From NCBI GenBank assembly GCA_030141605.1, contig JAQGDQ010000057.1, forward strand, positions 434,001 to 498,000: DNA of 64,000 nucleotides, written 5' to 3'. Shown piece after piece: positions 48,711-62,544 of this stretch. The stretch comes from Tubiluchus corallicola. Its lineage: Eukaryota; Animalia; Priapulida. Below the pieces are notes generated by a model, which did not search any database, was not told where the DNA came from, and saw only the letters and a program-made list of their open reading frames with translations. Position 1 is the stretch's first letter. Each line of letters begins with the position of its first letter. A program made the translations under genes and the position numbers.

Positions 48711-51700
48711 GCTTCTTTCTCTCTCACTCTCTCTCTCTTTTCCCCCCTCACTCTGTCTCTCTCTTTATTTAAATGAATTAAAAGAAAACGCACTTCTTCC
48801 AGGTTATTTAATGTGAGATTTTTTCGTTAATGAATATTGTCATATTGAAGATCAAGGCAGAACTGCCATTGTTACAGTTCACCAATCATGATTTTGCCAA
48901 CACTATGGAATTAAAGCAAACTCTAGACGCTTAATAGCATAATCTTGTTGATTTATCAACGGTTTTTATCTTTTGTCCTTTATTTTAGTGTCATTCAGTT
49001 TCTTTAATAGCACACAAACGCGTATGGCTAGGGTAATGAAACTCACAGGCACTTCCCAACTGAGAAATTTATATTTATATTATATCACCCACTAGTTCCG
49101 ATCTCTTCCTATAGTTTTAAACTAAGGTCACAGTTTTTGGCGTGTGATTAGATGACGTCGAGTTCTTATGCATGGCTGAATCACGAGTTTTATGCATACA
49201 AGAAATATTTTCGCTAAGGACGGAAATCCAAAAACGCGTTGTTCGGACATTTTCCAGTTTTGAGCAACAGTATCTTGTAGCATATCAAATAAAAGGAAAT
49301 TGACTAGTGGACGTTGACCCGCTATTGGTTAACCTTTGACCCTAATGTCACGGATGAAAAATGATTAGTTCTAATTTCGGGAGCTTATAAAACAGCAGAC
49401 GAACGGCTTTGGTGAAACCACTCGAATGGTACAGGCAGTGCCGGATTTACCATTGTGCTTTGATGTGCTTAATCACAGGGCCCCGTTGGCCAAAGGGGCA
49501 TATTCCTGTCAAAAGAAATTGTAAGATGAATTTTTCAAATGTCAAATGTTCAAATGTTTTTCATAAAAGTTATAAAAGTGACATTTGTCTGTGTGCGGTT
49601 TTCTGAGTGGTCTGATTAATTCAGGGTCAGATTGTCACGAGATTCGTTGACATGCACTTACCCTTCGGTAACGGGTCAATAAGTAATAAGTCGCGATTTG
49701 CCTTAAACGAAATGCAATTGCTAGATAATCAGGCGAGATGAATTCATGGAATGACAGATTTTTTTAAAAATTCGTTTTTGTTGCTGAGAATGCGCAAATT
49801 TCACACTTTCACTATTCGCGTTTTTATTATTTACCTTATATTGACAATTATAAACGAGTGAGTCGGATAAGACATTAGGAATAATTTTTATTTATTAGAT
49901 ATTAGACATAATTTTATTTATTTATTAGAAATTAGACCTATTTATTATCCACTTCAATATTACATAGTTTACATTATAGTTTGTGCTATTATTCCATAAT
50001 GATTGCGTATTATAGGCTTACTTAGAGAAAAAATTACAAATAAACAACACAATTGTTCATCTACCAGGTGCTACATGGTGGTTATGAAGGCAAGCTTGTG
50101 AAACCATCATGAAAAGTGGGAAAAAATGATAAGTTATTAAAAAACCGAATTTATCGAAAAAATAATGATTACCAATTATACAGTAATAGGATAAAGATAG
50201 AGAAAAAGTGGAACAGAAACGAAATGGAAAAGAGTTCAGCAGAGACATGTGATGTAAAAGTATTAAATATGATCAGCAAAGCAACCACTTGCGGGCTGTA
50301 GTGTCACTGTCGCAGTTCACGATCAATCTCAAAATGCATTATAAGTAAGATTTTAGTAGAAGCCATTTCATACATGTTTTAAAACCATATAATGTTTGAT
50401 ATGTGATAACAATATATTGATATTTTATTCTTGTAGCTTTTGTACTGGAATTATAAGTTTAGTTGAATGACAAACGAGTGTCACAAAGGCGCCTACGTAC
50501 ATGTCCACGTGTGTTGTTAATTATTTCCGAAAACATTTTTAATTTTAATACACAAGAAAGAAATCCGTCACGTAACTTTTTACTCGTCACAGTGGGATAT
50601 GTTCGTTCTGGATGAGTTACATCGAGCTTTGGAGTTTGACTCATCGCCACTTTTATCACATAGTATTGTACTGAATGTTCACACTAACGAAGAGATAAAT
50701 ACAGTTTACGATACCATCGCATATGCAAAAGGAGGGTCCATCGTACGCATGATGCAACAGTTTCTTGGAGAAGAGCAGCTGCAAAGATGTATGATTGTAA
50801 GTATAGTATAGGCAACAGTGTGGCTTCATTACTCTGAAGCAATTTCCAAAGTTTCTTTTTTATCCAGCACTCAACTGCAGGTACTACCTAAATGTGGGGC
50901 AGTCATCTGTCTCAGTGTCATGGATATATATATATATATATATAATCTTTCGATAATTTTTATAAATGTTCATCATTTAAGATGAAACAAAGAACCAGCA
51001 AACCTGTATCAGCCATGTCGAACGCCTACATCATCTTTCCTCGACGAGATGGTACATCAGTTAAACAGCCTAGAACGAATACTAAAATCTCTGGTCACCC
51101 ATCTGTTCAGTTTTTACTGACCAGGCTCGTGTTGCTAATTAAGTAGACAAACCTGTCATAACTAATTACAAGGAAAAACTTTCTTTAGAAATTCCACGTT
51201 TCGCCAAGTGCTATAAAAAGTTGAACCATGATTTTAAAATGGTTAAAATATGGTGGCGGCAACGGTTGGTTTCAGCGAGCAAGAGCATAATAATTGTGTT
51301 ATAAGGTTATTGTTTTTTCTACAATCTTGTAAGTTCCAGTTTTGTGTTCAAGCTTTTTTTCTGTGCATCAAGTAGAAAAACCTGTTTCTTCATTTCTATT
51401 AAACCGGTTGACACAAAGGAGGAGGAGAAAACAAAACATACTCACTCAAAGAGGAGGCAATTAGAAACACCTGAGCTGGCTCTGAGATTTTGCGTACAGG
51501 AAACATAACTATATTGTTATTGTTGTACTTCATTTTGAAGTAAGAAACAAATTGTGTTCATTACTAAATGTTTGGAATAAAGGAAAATCACTCTCCTCAG
51601 GAACTGTAGTTAAAGCCGTTTCTATCAGCTTTCATACTCTACGATCAAGTCAAAGCAAAATAGGTGGGATCCAGCAACAACTGAGCTTGTCATCACAGTT

Positions 51701-54700
51701 GTTTCAGATACATAAACTACAGACTATATATAATCAGTACAATATTTTGGCAAACAAGTTTTTATATTTAATTTTTATTTATTTTGTTTTTTCAAACAGA
51801 TGTTCTTGAATAAGTTTAAGCAAGGTTCGGCGAATACGTCACAAATATGGGAAGCCTTTCAAGAGGTAAAGTTTAATATCCAACAAAATACTAATGAATT
51901 TGTTTTAGGTGTTACAGCACCTTCTACTACAACTAGAAAACTAATAGGAAAAACGTTTGCACTAATTAGCTTGATCATTTTAGCAACTTGACGTAGACAA
52001 TATAAATTTGAATATCATTGATGTCATGGACACGTGGACACTCCAAGCTGGATATCCATTGGTCAGTGTTATCAGAAACTACGAATCAAAAGAGGTTTCT
52101 ATTAAACAAGTTCATTTTCTGTCCGAAAATGGAACTGTGAATGAAACTAGTCCCTACAAGTAAGTTTAATTAGTGGTTTGTGATAAATGATTGTGATAAG
52201 TGAGAGCGACAATTAATGATAAGTTTAATTTGGGCTTTTAATTGATAAATGGCAAATTTCAATAAAAGGCCTATCTTCAAATAACGGTGTACCTGTTCAA
52301 ATTGATTTCCACACCTTTTTGGCAGAAAAAAATCAATGTTGCAGCATCCATTTTCATTTCCTTTTTCATCAGTTGTTCATAGTTTTTATAACAACTCGTA
52401 TGTAAATTACATACGATTTGTTATAAAAACTATAAACATATATACAACATGTAAACAGCCATGTTAGCGTTTGCACGAGATATTCGTTTTCATTAAAGAT
52501 TCATTCACAATATTACTTGTAAACAACAGACAAAAACGAAAATGCTGTATGCTAAGATGTAATTTAGAACGTCTTTTCTCACTCAGTCCGGCTGAGGCCA
52601 AAGTAACTTGCACCTGTAAAGCAGTAATCTGTCAGCGAAATAAATTTCTTTAAAGATACTTTTCATTTGGAAATAGAAATGAGAAAATAAATATAAACAT
52701 TTTGGATCAAAATCTTTGAATCTATTTCCTCGAGTGCTTCAGAATTGAATACAATTGGTGTAATGTAGTTAGTATTTAATAACTCTTGAACTATACTTAT
52801 AAATACAGAAATATATAGATTTGTCTTTTTTCTGTTCTGTACATTATTCCTTCCGTCAGCTACATTTTCAGGCGTTAGGAACAGTTATCAAATAGCGACA
52901 AAGCGGAAGAGAATATAAGGCAGGTTTTGTTTATATGAAAATGAAATTGGGTAAATCGAATTGCAAACTCCACAGGAAACAGACTTTTTTCTTGTTTTCA
53001 GCTACACGTGGGAAGTTCCGGTAACTCTGCGCTGGAATCCTGAAGACCTGTTTGACGTGAAGATTAACTGGCTGCACAAAACAGACGGTAATAAACATAG
53101 ACACAGACGTGTTTGTTGGTCATAATATTATATATTATTGGTATACATGAAATTTTCCTTTATGTTTTGCACAGACTAGTTAAAAAACAATTAGCGCAAC
53201 AAGTTTGCAACTGTAATTAAACTTAACTGAACATGTAAATCCGAATATTACAATTGAAATAGAGCTTTAAAAATGAAAAGTGTTTAGCTATTAATGAATG
53301 CTTTGACTGAAGTGGAATCATTTGATAATGCTCATTTACATCGACATAAACATGATGATATTCATAACCATCGTCATCACATTGTCAACAGCCACCGGAT
53401 ATCATTATCATTAGCAGCAGCTGCGTCACTGATGCCACCGTTACATCATCATCATCATTATCATCGTCACCATCACCATCATCATCGTCAGAGCATCGAA
53501 TATCAAAATCCTTCATAATAAACATTGAGCATTTCTTAACAGTCACCAAGAAAAGAAACAAAAATTAAAAGTTAATTAACACGAAGTTAAAATTAAAGCA
53601 AATTTGATTAATTGGTGAACGCTGATAGAGTTATTTATAATCTGATTATCTATATTAAATGATTAAAACTATTACTTTACAAACCTTACAATTAGGCCTA
53701 GGAGTAAAAAGCGAAATTAGTAAAGTTGGCCTTCATAGTTACCAGTTTATTTGAAATGTAGAGTTAACTTACTCCACGTCATTTCTATTATAGATACTGT
53801 AAGCTTGGACGGTTTAACATCGGATCATTGGCTTCTGGCTAATGACAAGGCAGAAGGGTATTATCGTGTTGTCTATGATGATACCAATATGAACTTATTA
53901 ATCGAACAATTAAAAGTTGACCTTGCAGTAAGTTATAAAGGTATTCCTTACTTGTTTAAATGCACTAAGCATTAATAAGTTTTTATTTATTTTGTAAAAC
54001 CCTCGTTTTATAACAAATCGTTTATATAACAAACTCACTTGGTACTCGAAAAGTTAATTTAAAATTTTAATTTGTTTGTAAAAACTTTAGGTTTATCAAG
54101 ATTCTAAAGCTCACAAACGTTCCTTGTCCTTTTCTAAATTCGCGCACTATATGCATCATAATAAATGTTTGTTTTTAGCGTTAGTCTACTATTATATATC
54201 TAACAATCAAAATTATTTCACCAGAAAATAGATGTAAGAAACCGTGCTCAGATAATGGACGACGCGTTCATGATATCCAGGTAAACCTAGATTAGACAAA
54301 GAGGAAAATATCTTTTAAAATGTAAACAAACTTCATCAGAAGTGCGGCTTGATTCTGCAAGTTTGCATATTTTCATGCGTTATTTCTTCACTTATTTGTC
54401 ATAAGTAGTAAAATATTTTATTGCGTTAATCGAATAATAAACTAAGAAAGATAATTATAATGACTGACAATTTTTTATCTGTGAACACTAATAAAAACGA
54501 TTTATTTTGTTTTTAAAATTTCGTATTTTAGCAATTCCGCCACTGATTCCTATTCTTGCAGAGCCGGTTTCCTGGATTACATTACAGCATTACGTACAAC
54601 AGAATATCTAGCGATGGAGACAGACTATCTACCGTGGAATACAGCGATAAAAAGTTTTATTTACCTGGACAGAATGCTGTGGAGTCGCGACAGCTTATAC

Positions 54701-57700
54701 ACAATGTATCAGGTACCTGAGAAGTTAGATTTAACAAAGACTATAATCTGTGGAGGTAGCAATTACATAGCGTATGACAGTAATGATATGCTGTCACATA
54801 AAAATATATTCTGAAGGTTATACTGGTTGTGTTGGTAATGATGATGAAAAATCCATAAATCAGTAAGAAATTTTAGAAGTTATATAAGTAAACGTATATA
54901 GCAGCATTATAATTCTGCTGAAAATGGCTAAGTATATACACGATTGTCATTCTTGAAGGATCATGTGAACACGAGAATGACAGTGAACTTTCGAATGTCA
55001 CTCTTCAAGTTTGACGGTATCAAGCTTGTCCTGATTTTCGTCAGTGGCGGTCGTCATTCTAGCAATGAACAGCCAATAAAAATGCACGCTGGCGTTTCAG
55101 CTGGAAGAGCCCATTTGGAACGGGTGCCAAGATAACCAAATACGCGGGAAATTCCCGAAAAACTGCCCTTTCACTAAAACAATGAAAAATGCCTATTGCT
55201 GAATAACTTGAATCGGATTGAACTCTACTGAACTTGCACAGAGTGGAGCAGAGAATTCTTAACACGATTTATAGACGCGTACAGAGAATTGGAGTGTTAT
55301 GGAAAGTTTGTCGAGTGGTTATAAAGACAGAGAATTAAGCCAAAGAGATAGGATATTAAAGCTTCTCTATGAAAGACGAAATTTTATCCAACAAGTTATC
55401 AAAAATTGTTCGCGTCATGCCAGTGTAATTTAACATGTCATTTGGCGCTTCTATTCTTAATTCCTGAAATATTTGGTAATAGCTTCGTTTTCGTTTCTTC
55501 ATTGTAACCATTTTTAACGAATAACTTCTTTTTTGTGATTTCGCTGTCCATTTACAGAAGCACATACTGTAACAAACCTCGTTTTCGCGCAGGCCGCTTT
55601 GGCGCTATTTTAGAAATGAGGCGAACACCCCTTCAACGAATAGTTATGTGTGTAAACTAACTGACAGTGAAAACTGATCATGTAGACAGGCGTCATTCTT
55701 TTGAATGCCATTCTTTTGAATGACCACGTGGACGGCATAGTTTTTAGTCACAATAATGCAAATTAAAGTTGGAAGATCTATACCACCGGTATTAATCCCT
55801 TAGATAATATTTCGAAAGGTCACTAAACCCTTGCGCAAGAATTTTATAGCTAATTCTGTTCACTACACGCCGTATTTTTTGTTAGAAAAATCTGTTTATG
55901 ACTTATTAATGCCAGAGAGAAGAAGATCAAACCTAGTTATTTCTAAACACATTGACTGTGAGCTATTGATTATCTGATACTTTTTTGACTAACTGGTAAA
56001 AATTATTTTTACGTTATCTAGGAATATATGCGATATTTAGTTCATTTATATTACCAGCAGTACAATTGGGATGGAATTTCATATGAGGAGGATATGCTCA
56101 TTTCGTAAGTACGCTTACCATTGTCATCTTGGCATATCCTTAAATCAAGGCAGCACAGGTTTTCTGAGTTATCTCGAAATATTTTTGCTTTTATTTGCCA
56201 CCTTTTCTTTTATTTGCTTCTTACAAAACCCTATTCTATTGTGATAAAAAGGTTTAATCATCAAACCATGATCTTCAATAAACATGCTCAGACATCTATT
56301 GGACAAAACCTGCAGGACAAAGGCCAGTAATAAATACAGAAAGCGGGACAAAAAGCGCATGCAAAGAGTTGATATCGCCATTATAATATTTGGCATATTT
56401 GCGTACTTACATAAACTTTAAATAACATAAATAAAATATAATGAAGGAAATAGTCCTGTGTATGCATGCTTATTAGATACTAGCAAGGGTTTTGGCAAAT
56501 ATGAACACAATATTCTTTTTGAAAAAAAATAAAAAATCGGAGTTTTATGACAAACACAGGAAATTGCGTTTTAATGGGATTAAAACTATATTATGCCGAT
56601 CTGCAAATTCAGGGCAAGAGTCCAGAAGTTTCTGTAAAACTCCACCTGGAATAGGTGGAGTAAGCAAACCAATATTATCTACGCATGCACACATAACATG
56701 GTCAAGTTTTTGTCTCCTAAACAGATAAGCCTTTACAGAGGTCAGTTTACGAGGAAACTGATCAATATAAATACAAAAATTTTTGTAGTAGCGAAATTAA
56801 CACCCCACCTTGTCATACGTCATTGCTAACAGTGAAACCATCAGAAATGCTACATCTTCACTTTGCAAAATGCTTTTGTTCTTTATACCAGTTAGACATA
56901 ATTACACTACATAGAACCCCCTTCCCGATTTTTCAACTTTTTCAAATTTGGTCAACTTCCCACTGTTGCTCCGCTCCTATACCACTCCGTTTTACACAGC
57001 CGATTAAGCACATTGTCCGGCAATTGACATCTGAAAGGTAGAAAGACCAATACGAATTTCTACCTATACGTTTACGGATCCTTTCGTACAATAAATTGTT
57101 CTGTACTGCTACTCATTGTTTGTGTACCCAATAGTAAAAGGTTATGTATCAACCTGCATTTACATCTAAGGCGTGCTCTGCAGGAGGCTCAAAAATTATA
57201 AAGGTAGGTAAAAATAGTACAGGCAAAGTTCGTAAATGCAACAATTGAAATTGTTATTACAAATTTAATTATATGTTAAAAAACCAAGATGTTAAAACTT
57301 TTGTATCTGAAAGTATTTTGTCGTAAGCACGTAAGCTGTTTGTGCTTCAATTAAATTTTTTTGACTGGACTACAAAAATTCTTCGTCGAAGCTTCGCGGC
57401 AGCTTTTTTTCAGTTAGCCCCTGCCCTTTCGAAAGTTTCTTCTATTACTGCCGGGCCCATTTGACTACTCGATGTTGGTTACTATCGATCTCAGGCCCCA
57501 CTGGGTGCGGCGTAGTTGCGTAGACCCTCTCTCGTATGCTGTCCATTGGTATATTGTAGGCGGATGGTCCTGATATGACGTTCCTTCAAGCTTGTAGTAA
57601 CGACATCAAACAACGAGAAAATCTGAAATAAATTTTGAGTAGAAAATTAGCCTGTTAACACGTGCTCCATGTTGACTATTACTGTGGAGCAAGCCCATTG

Positions 57701-60111
57701 AACCGCCGAGGCCATTCCATACCGGTACACTTTACTAGTGCCTGTATGCAAGGGCTTCATAATTGATCGAACTGTCACAGAGAGTGAAAATAAGTGACAC
57801 TTTGCTCTCGTAACAATATTGTAGAGTTTCGTGGTTTCAAAAAACAAAATGCATAATAGTATGATAGACAAAATTCTTTATTTATATTGTATAACTAAAA
57901 CTGGAATGTTTACTGGAAATAAAAACATGTGTAGCAAACAGTTAATGTCATTTAAAGAACGGTTATTTTATCTAGGATGAAAAAAGAGGACGCTGTATCT
58001 ATCGCTTGTTATTATAAAATGATTGACTGCACTGAAAGAGCAACGGCTGAATATAAGCTATGGATGGAAGATACGACAAAAAATGTGTAGGTTTATCTAA
58101 TTAAAACATGAAGTGAAATGAAATATGTCCGAAATAACAAGTATTTATGCGGTACCACACTGTGAAAATGCCTGTAACAGCTATAACATAATTAACGACA
58201 ATTTTAACAATGACGGTGATAACTTGGTTAAATAGTTCGTACTATAAATTTTTGTAATGATGCTGACGAGCAAACAAACATGCGCACCGTGGCGACAAGT
58301 CTACGTCAAGGTTTTTTGCGAGTAATTTTGAACCTTAAGTGTACTTTAGAGTTATTCTTAATAACTTGGAGTTTTTTGTTCTTAATAACTCGGAGATAAT
58401 TCTCAACGATAAGAATTTAACCAATAAACAGAAAACCTTATATTATATCTAAATAAACGATAAACAGAATATATTTATGTTAGGCTACATATATATACTT
58501 GACATTTAAAACAATTTGATTAGTATTACGATATTGGTAACTATATCGAAAATGCCAGCAATAGCAAAATTGACGACGACAATGATGATGATGATGGTGA
58601 TGACGAGACAACCGGATGGCGCAGACAACAAAATTATTGATCCTCAACGCTTTTTTCTTCTCAGTATTAACATCAACGTCCGACAAACAGCTATTTGCAG
58701 TGCGTTAGTGGACGCTGATAGATATGAGTGGGAGTTTGCATGGGAACAGTATAATGACACACTAGATACAATGCTAGCATTGGGAATGGCCTGCTCTCAT
58801 AACGAAGCTTTACTGAACAGGTAAAGGTATACTTTCCTGTCCTGATTTTCAATTTTCTTAGCAATTAATGGCACGGAACTCTTGTTACTGCAATCGTACA
58901 CATTTTCTGTATTATAGCTACTTGGGGCGAGCACTAGACGAGAATATTGTTCCTAAACAAGAAGAAGCCATCAACATCTTCTATTACGTCAGTACACAGT
59001 CATTACTCGGACGCAACATCGCTTGGCAAAAGATCCAAACAGTATTTGACGATATGCTTGAACGATTGGGAATAAGAGGGATGTGTGACACAATTCTTGC
59101 AACCACGTTCTCATTTAATACTAACGAAGAACTGGCACAGGTGAGGTTAAACTGAATTAGTAATACTAGTAAGGCCTTATGGTGTATAACTTTATATCAC
59201 AAGGCTTTCAAAAGAGCTGTCCGTATTGCTTTCATGCCATAGAGAATAAGATGCCATCTAAACTAGCTATGGCATTTTTACTGGCGTATTAGCTTGCAAA
59301 ATTATATGGAATTATAATTTATGTTTACCGTTACATCTTACCATGCATTTTTATTATGATTGAAACACTGTTGGAATGCACTTTATAAAAAATTTAATAA
59401 TATTCACCATTGCCTTAAACTGTCCATATCATACCATTGCACAGAACAGTTTATAGGAAAAACATAAAACCAAATTAAGTAACGGCGCTATGTGGACACT
59501 TCGACAAAATGTTCCTATTAACGCAGTCTTGTTTTTGTTTATGGATCATATTGATTCATACAGATTCTAACATTTACTTCCCTTGGAAAGCCATCCTTGA
59601 GACTTGTAATACGATAATACCATAATAACGAATAGTAGAGGCCTTGTATACATATCAACCTATCAACAGCATTTCACTCTGTGCTGTGAATGATTTTGTG
59701 GAAAAATATTTTCGAGCCTTTTTTGGTGATCTCAAAATTTGTTTACACTGAAAACTTATCAGCAACTATGTTTAGGAGATTCTTTTTTTCATTTTAGCAG
59801 CTATTAGGCCTAATACTTGATAAAGCCAGCTATTCGGAACGTTGTCACATTTTGCGGCTGATGAAATAAAGTTTTTTAATTGAATTTCTAAAAACTCATA
59901 TTTGCCGCTGATTTTGTTTTAGCTTGAGCAACAATTAAATACTACTGTTGGTGGAGAAAACTTCAAAAATACTTGGGATGCTGCCATACTGAACACGATA
60001 AAGAATATTGAGTTTATGAACAAAAATGAAGAAGCAATTGCTGATTGGTTAATTTCAATAGTGCTTGAGACAAGAAATCGTATAGAATCCATTTCAAGAA
60101 CATTGGGGTGA
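43491..60111 (+). CDS. ANPEP: Aminopeptidase N-like M1 zinc metallopeptidase, type-II membrane anchored, 18 exons, ~968 aa
   Basis: N-terminal TM; LP..L.P.HY; [20 protein letters not shown]; GAMEN; HEVAH-x18-E; AYAKG; [11 protein letters not shown]; GYYRVVYD; [10 protein letters not shown]. Exons sum to 2907 nt in frame. The symbol marks the family; exact orthology is not established. Confidence 0.93.
44404..44559 (+). CDS. Aminopeptidase exon 2
   Basis: [28 protein letters not shown]; canonical splice sites. Confidence 0.93.
44831..44951 (+). CDS. Aminopeptidase exon 3 (ends at inferred GC donor)
   Basis: [13 protein letters not shown]; frame requires donor AAG|gcatgg. Confidence 0.85.
45449..46148. 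mobile_element. Foldback/MITE-like element with long GGTCT-rich inverted arms
   Basis: 45449-45540 aligns by eye to the reverse complement of 46056-46148; the left arm is rich in GGTCT and the right arm in AGACC. Confidence 0.75.
46375..46478. repeat. Purine-rich (GAAA)n-like tract
   Basis: Direct observation. Confidence 0.85.
46519..46639 (+). CDS. Aminopeptidase exon 4
   Basis: MRAYSQ...[15 protein letters not shown]. Confidence 0.92.
46842..47019. repeat. Compound (ACTT)n/(GCTT)n microsatellite
   Basis: Direct observation. Confidence 0.95.
47213..47370 (+). CDS. Aminopeptidase exon 5 (GAMEN, HEVAH)
   Basis: [14 protein letters not shown]...GHEVAHQ. Confidence 0.95.
48169..48282 (+). 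CDS. Aminopeptidase exon 6 (third zinc ligand)
   Basis: [23 protein letters not shown]. Confidence 0.95.
48636..48765. repeat. (CT)n microsatellite
   Basis: Direct observation. Confidence 0.95.
50593..50796 (+). CDS. Aminopeptidase exon 7
   Basis: ALEFDS...SHSI...[16 protein letters not shown]. Confidence 0.93.
51800..51865 (+). CDS. Aminopeptidase exon 8
   Basis: [22 protein letters not shown]. Confidence 0.88.
51984..52159 (+). CDS. Aminopeptidase exon 9
   Basis: [23 protein letters not shown]. Confidence 0.92.
53002..53087 (+). CDS. Aminopeptidase exon 10
   Basis: YTWEVPVT...INWL. Confidence 0.88.
53340..53490. repeat. (CAT)n-rich simple repeat
   Basis: Direct observation. Confidence 0.8.
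53794..53927 (+). CDS. Aminopeptidase exon 11
   Basis: [20 protein letters not shown]. Confidence 0.92.
54225..54280 (+). CDS. Aminopeptidase exon 12
   Basis: [19 protein letters not shown]. Confidence 0.9.
54562..54712 (+). CDS. Aminopeptidase exon 13
   Basis: [25 protein letters not shown]. Confidence 0.92.
54930..55740. mobile_element. Internally deleted PIF/Harbinger transposon (MADF gene remnant on +, transposase N-terminus on -)
   Basis: Plus 55241: [19 protein letters not shown](LW)K...YKDRE (MADF-like). Minus 55356-55500: [54 protein letters not shown] motifs cluster at both ends. Confidence 0.75.
56022..56104 (+). CDS. Aminopeptidase exon 14
   Basis: [17 protein letters not shown]; phases match neighbouring exons. 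Confidence 0.85.
56440..56700 (+). mobile_element. Decayed LINE reverse-transcriptase remnant
   Basis: [12 protein letters not shown] (cf. LDASKAFD) and GVSKPILS (cf. GVRQG.ILSP). Confidence 0.55.
57976..58086 (+). CDS. Aminopeptidase exon 15
   Basis: [25 protein letters not shown]. Confidence 0.88.
58665..58820 (+). CDS. Aminopeptidase exon 16
   Basis: [10 protein letters not shown]....EWEFAWEQY...LGMACS. Confidence 0.9.
58918..59140 (+). CDS. Aminopeptidase exon 17
   Basis: YLGRALD...V..Q...LGRNIAW...[12 protein letters not shown]. Confidence 0.9.
59923..60111 (+). CDS. Aminopeptidase terminal exon
   Basis: [24 protein letters not shown]...TGA. Confidence 0.9.
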   Translation, partial: LEQQLNTTVGGENFKNTWDAAILNTIKNIEFMNKNEEAIADWLISIVLETRNRIESISRTLG

Positions 60112-60215
60112 AAGTACAATTTAGTGGTAATTTTTCAGTGATTTAAAAGGGCATAAAGTTTCCAGACATGACTGTACTTATTGCAATATGGTGAGATGTC
60201 AATCACAGTCTATGC

Positions 60216-60216
<1 letters not shown>

Positions 60217-60257
<41 letters not shown>

Positions 60258-60260
60258 ATA
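60217..60260. repeat. (TA)n(TG)n microsatellite downstream of the aminopeptidase stop
   Basis: Direct observation. Confidence 0.9.
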
Positions 60261-62544
60261 ATGCTTGCAGCAGGTTTTTTTTTACTAAAAACTTCTACTG
60301 ACTGATTACTAAATATATCATTTTATAGTAAACTCGGTCGGTAACATATTAACTACTGTAGTCTATTAGTATATGACCCTAAAATTAAATACTCTCTTAC
60401 TGATAGTGAGAATACGTTAAACAGCTAAGCACATTTACGTACATCTTGTGAAATGAGTTTATTTGAAACGAGTAAAATGGCACAGAAAAAATGACACAGG
60501 GAAAATGGTATGCTAAAAATTGCACAGATGAAAAAAATTGCACAAATGGAAAAGTACGAAAAATGGCACACGTTGTTTTTGATAAGAAAAAAAACATAAA
60601 ACAAAAATAAACCAGCAAACGTATAAAAATATGGCTTATATAAGCATTGTATAGACTAGCATAAGACTCACAAAATATTTTGCTGATTAAAAAGAATTAT
60701 AATCAATAATGCACGAAAATTCTACGTAGTGTTTGTCAACATTTCTTTAAATATTTCGCGATGGAAATAGTTTGAAAAATATTCGTACAGTAGCTTCATA
60801 CTAACTCAGCTTATATGGATATATGCATCTATAAGGAAACGTTATAAAAACAGTGTTCCTAGTGAAAATTTCTTGAAATGAAACCGGAAACTAACTCTAG
60901 TTGCTTATCTGGTGCAGATAATAAAAAAGAACAATTTGATCCCACCCACTGTTCATATGTTTGCGTGCGTGCTAATTTTTCCCATTGGACACATCTAAAT
61001 GCATTGTATTTATAGATCAATGAATGATGATTTTAATTTAAGCCCAGTTTACACTAGGCGTATGCAGTGATACTCGAGAAGAAGATAAATCTAGGTTATC
61101 GTCACATAATTTATTAGTTAAGACTGGTCGTCGGGGCAGGATACCCAGAAAACGGCGTCTGTGCCCAAGCGACCGTTCGAACATTCAAAATGAGGAAAAC
61201 ATGTTTTATATAGATGTAATTACTGCTGATTTAAGAGATGACTGTAACTTGAACTTTAATACTATATGCGAACTTGTTCAAAATAATGTTATTTATCTCT
61301 TGTCTGCTCTTATATTTATAACTGCCTCAATCGCTTTAATTAATTTTTCTATTAGTTTCTATGAGCTCACTATGTTTATAGCATTGGACTTCATATTAAT
61401 TATCAATACTCACACTCTATCCGTTATTTCTTCGGAATTTTTTGTAATCATTTCGTGTCTAGTGCCAGTAATGATTAGGTGTTCAATTTTGGTGTATTTG
61501 TAAGTCTTGTTTCATGATTTGTGTATGTATGTATGTATGTAGGGCCTATGTATGCATATACTTTATGGTTTGAATGTATGCATGTATGTATGTGATTGCA
61601 TTTTTTTATTTTGTTTTATTGACAATTTTATGAGGTCAATAAAATTTTATAATAACGCAATGCTTCACAGTCTGGACTAGTTGTGATAATAATTAGTGAT
61701 CACAGCTAACTTATTTGTTTAGTTTACGACATTCACAATGAAAAATTTTGTAAACTGTGACTGTTGTTTCCTGTTGTTATTGATAACGATGACAATGACT
61801 ATGATGATAGAAACAACAAAAGCAACAAAAACACTGGCAAGGACAAATATGAGCAGTTGCTGTGTCTGATTGGCAGCAATAGTTAAGCAGTGGTCGGTCT
61901 GGCTAAGTATATAAGTAAATGAATAAAAGATTGAAAAACTGCTTCTGCACGATTTTAACTGCCATACCGATTCTGTTTCCGAATATTCTTTCAACTGTTA
62001 AGGAGAGGTTGCTTACAGTGATGAGCTCACACATCTGAATATGACTGCTATGCACTTTATTTCCCAGTTCAGAGAAATAACCTAACGTCTTTCATCTTTT
62101 ATTATGAACCACATTCTTTTAAATGTCACAATTATCTCACATTGCAGTACTAAGCCACTGATATTGAGTACGGAATGTGGCTTGCAGTTTATCAATAACA
62201 AAAACTAATGACAGCGGCATTACAATAAGAAAACAACAACAGCAATCATAACAGCAACAACTGCAATTGTTAATTAACATGAGGTACATTAGGTACTAAA
62301 AACTTTGTTGGCCTACTGAGCATTCTAAATATATTAGGTGACCTTAATAAATTTTTCTTTTTTAAAATAAATTAATACTATCAGATGGACAGGCTTCACT
62401 TTTTTGATCAACAAGTTTTGCCAATGAAACAATAATACTGCTCGAATGCTTGTAAGGACAACAGGAAAGCAGCTATACTGTAGGTGCAGTGTAAGAGGAA
62501 TAATAGATTTTTGAAATTTATGGTCACATTGTTATTGTTTTATT

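Noticed and set aside
48611-48793. ER-repeat ORF
   Set aside because: Translation of the (CT)n microsatellite.
49434-49500. hAT-like left end CAGTGCCGGATTTACC...GGGCCCC (and a GC-rich end-like patch at ~57440-57545)
   Set aside because: No matching opposite end or TSD could be identified.
53294-53518. Poly-His ORFs (also 14555-14917 and 58480-58686)
   Set aside because: Intronic (CAT)n repeats with no splice support.
61201-61503. 100-aa hydrophobic ORF
   Set aside because: T-rich low-complexity composition typical of a repeat 3' tail, followed by (TATG)n; no splice or motif support.
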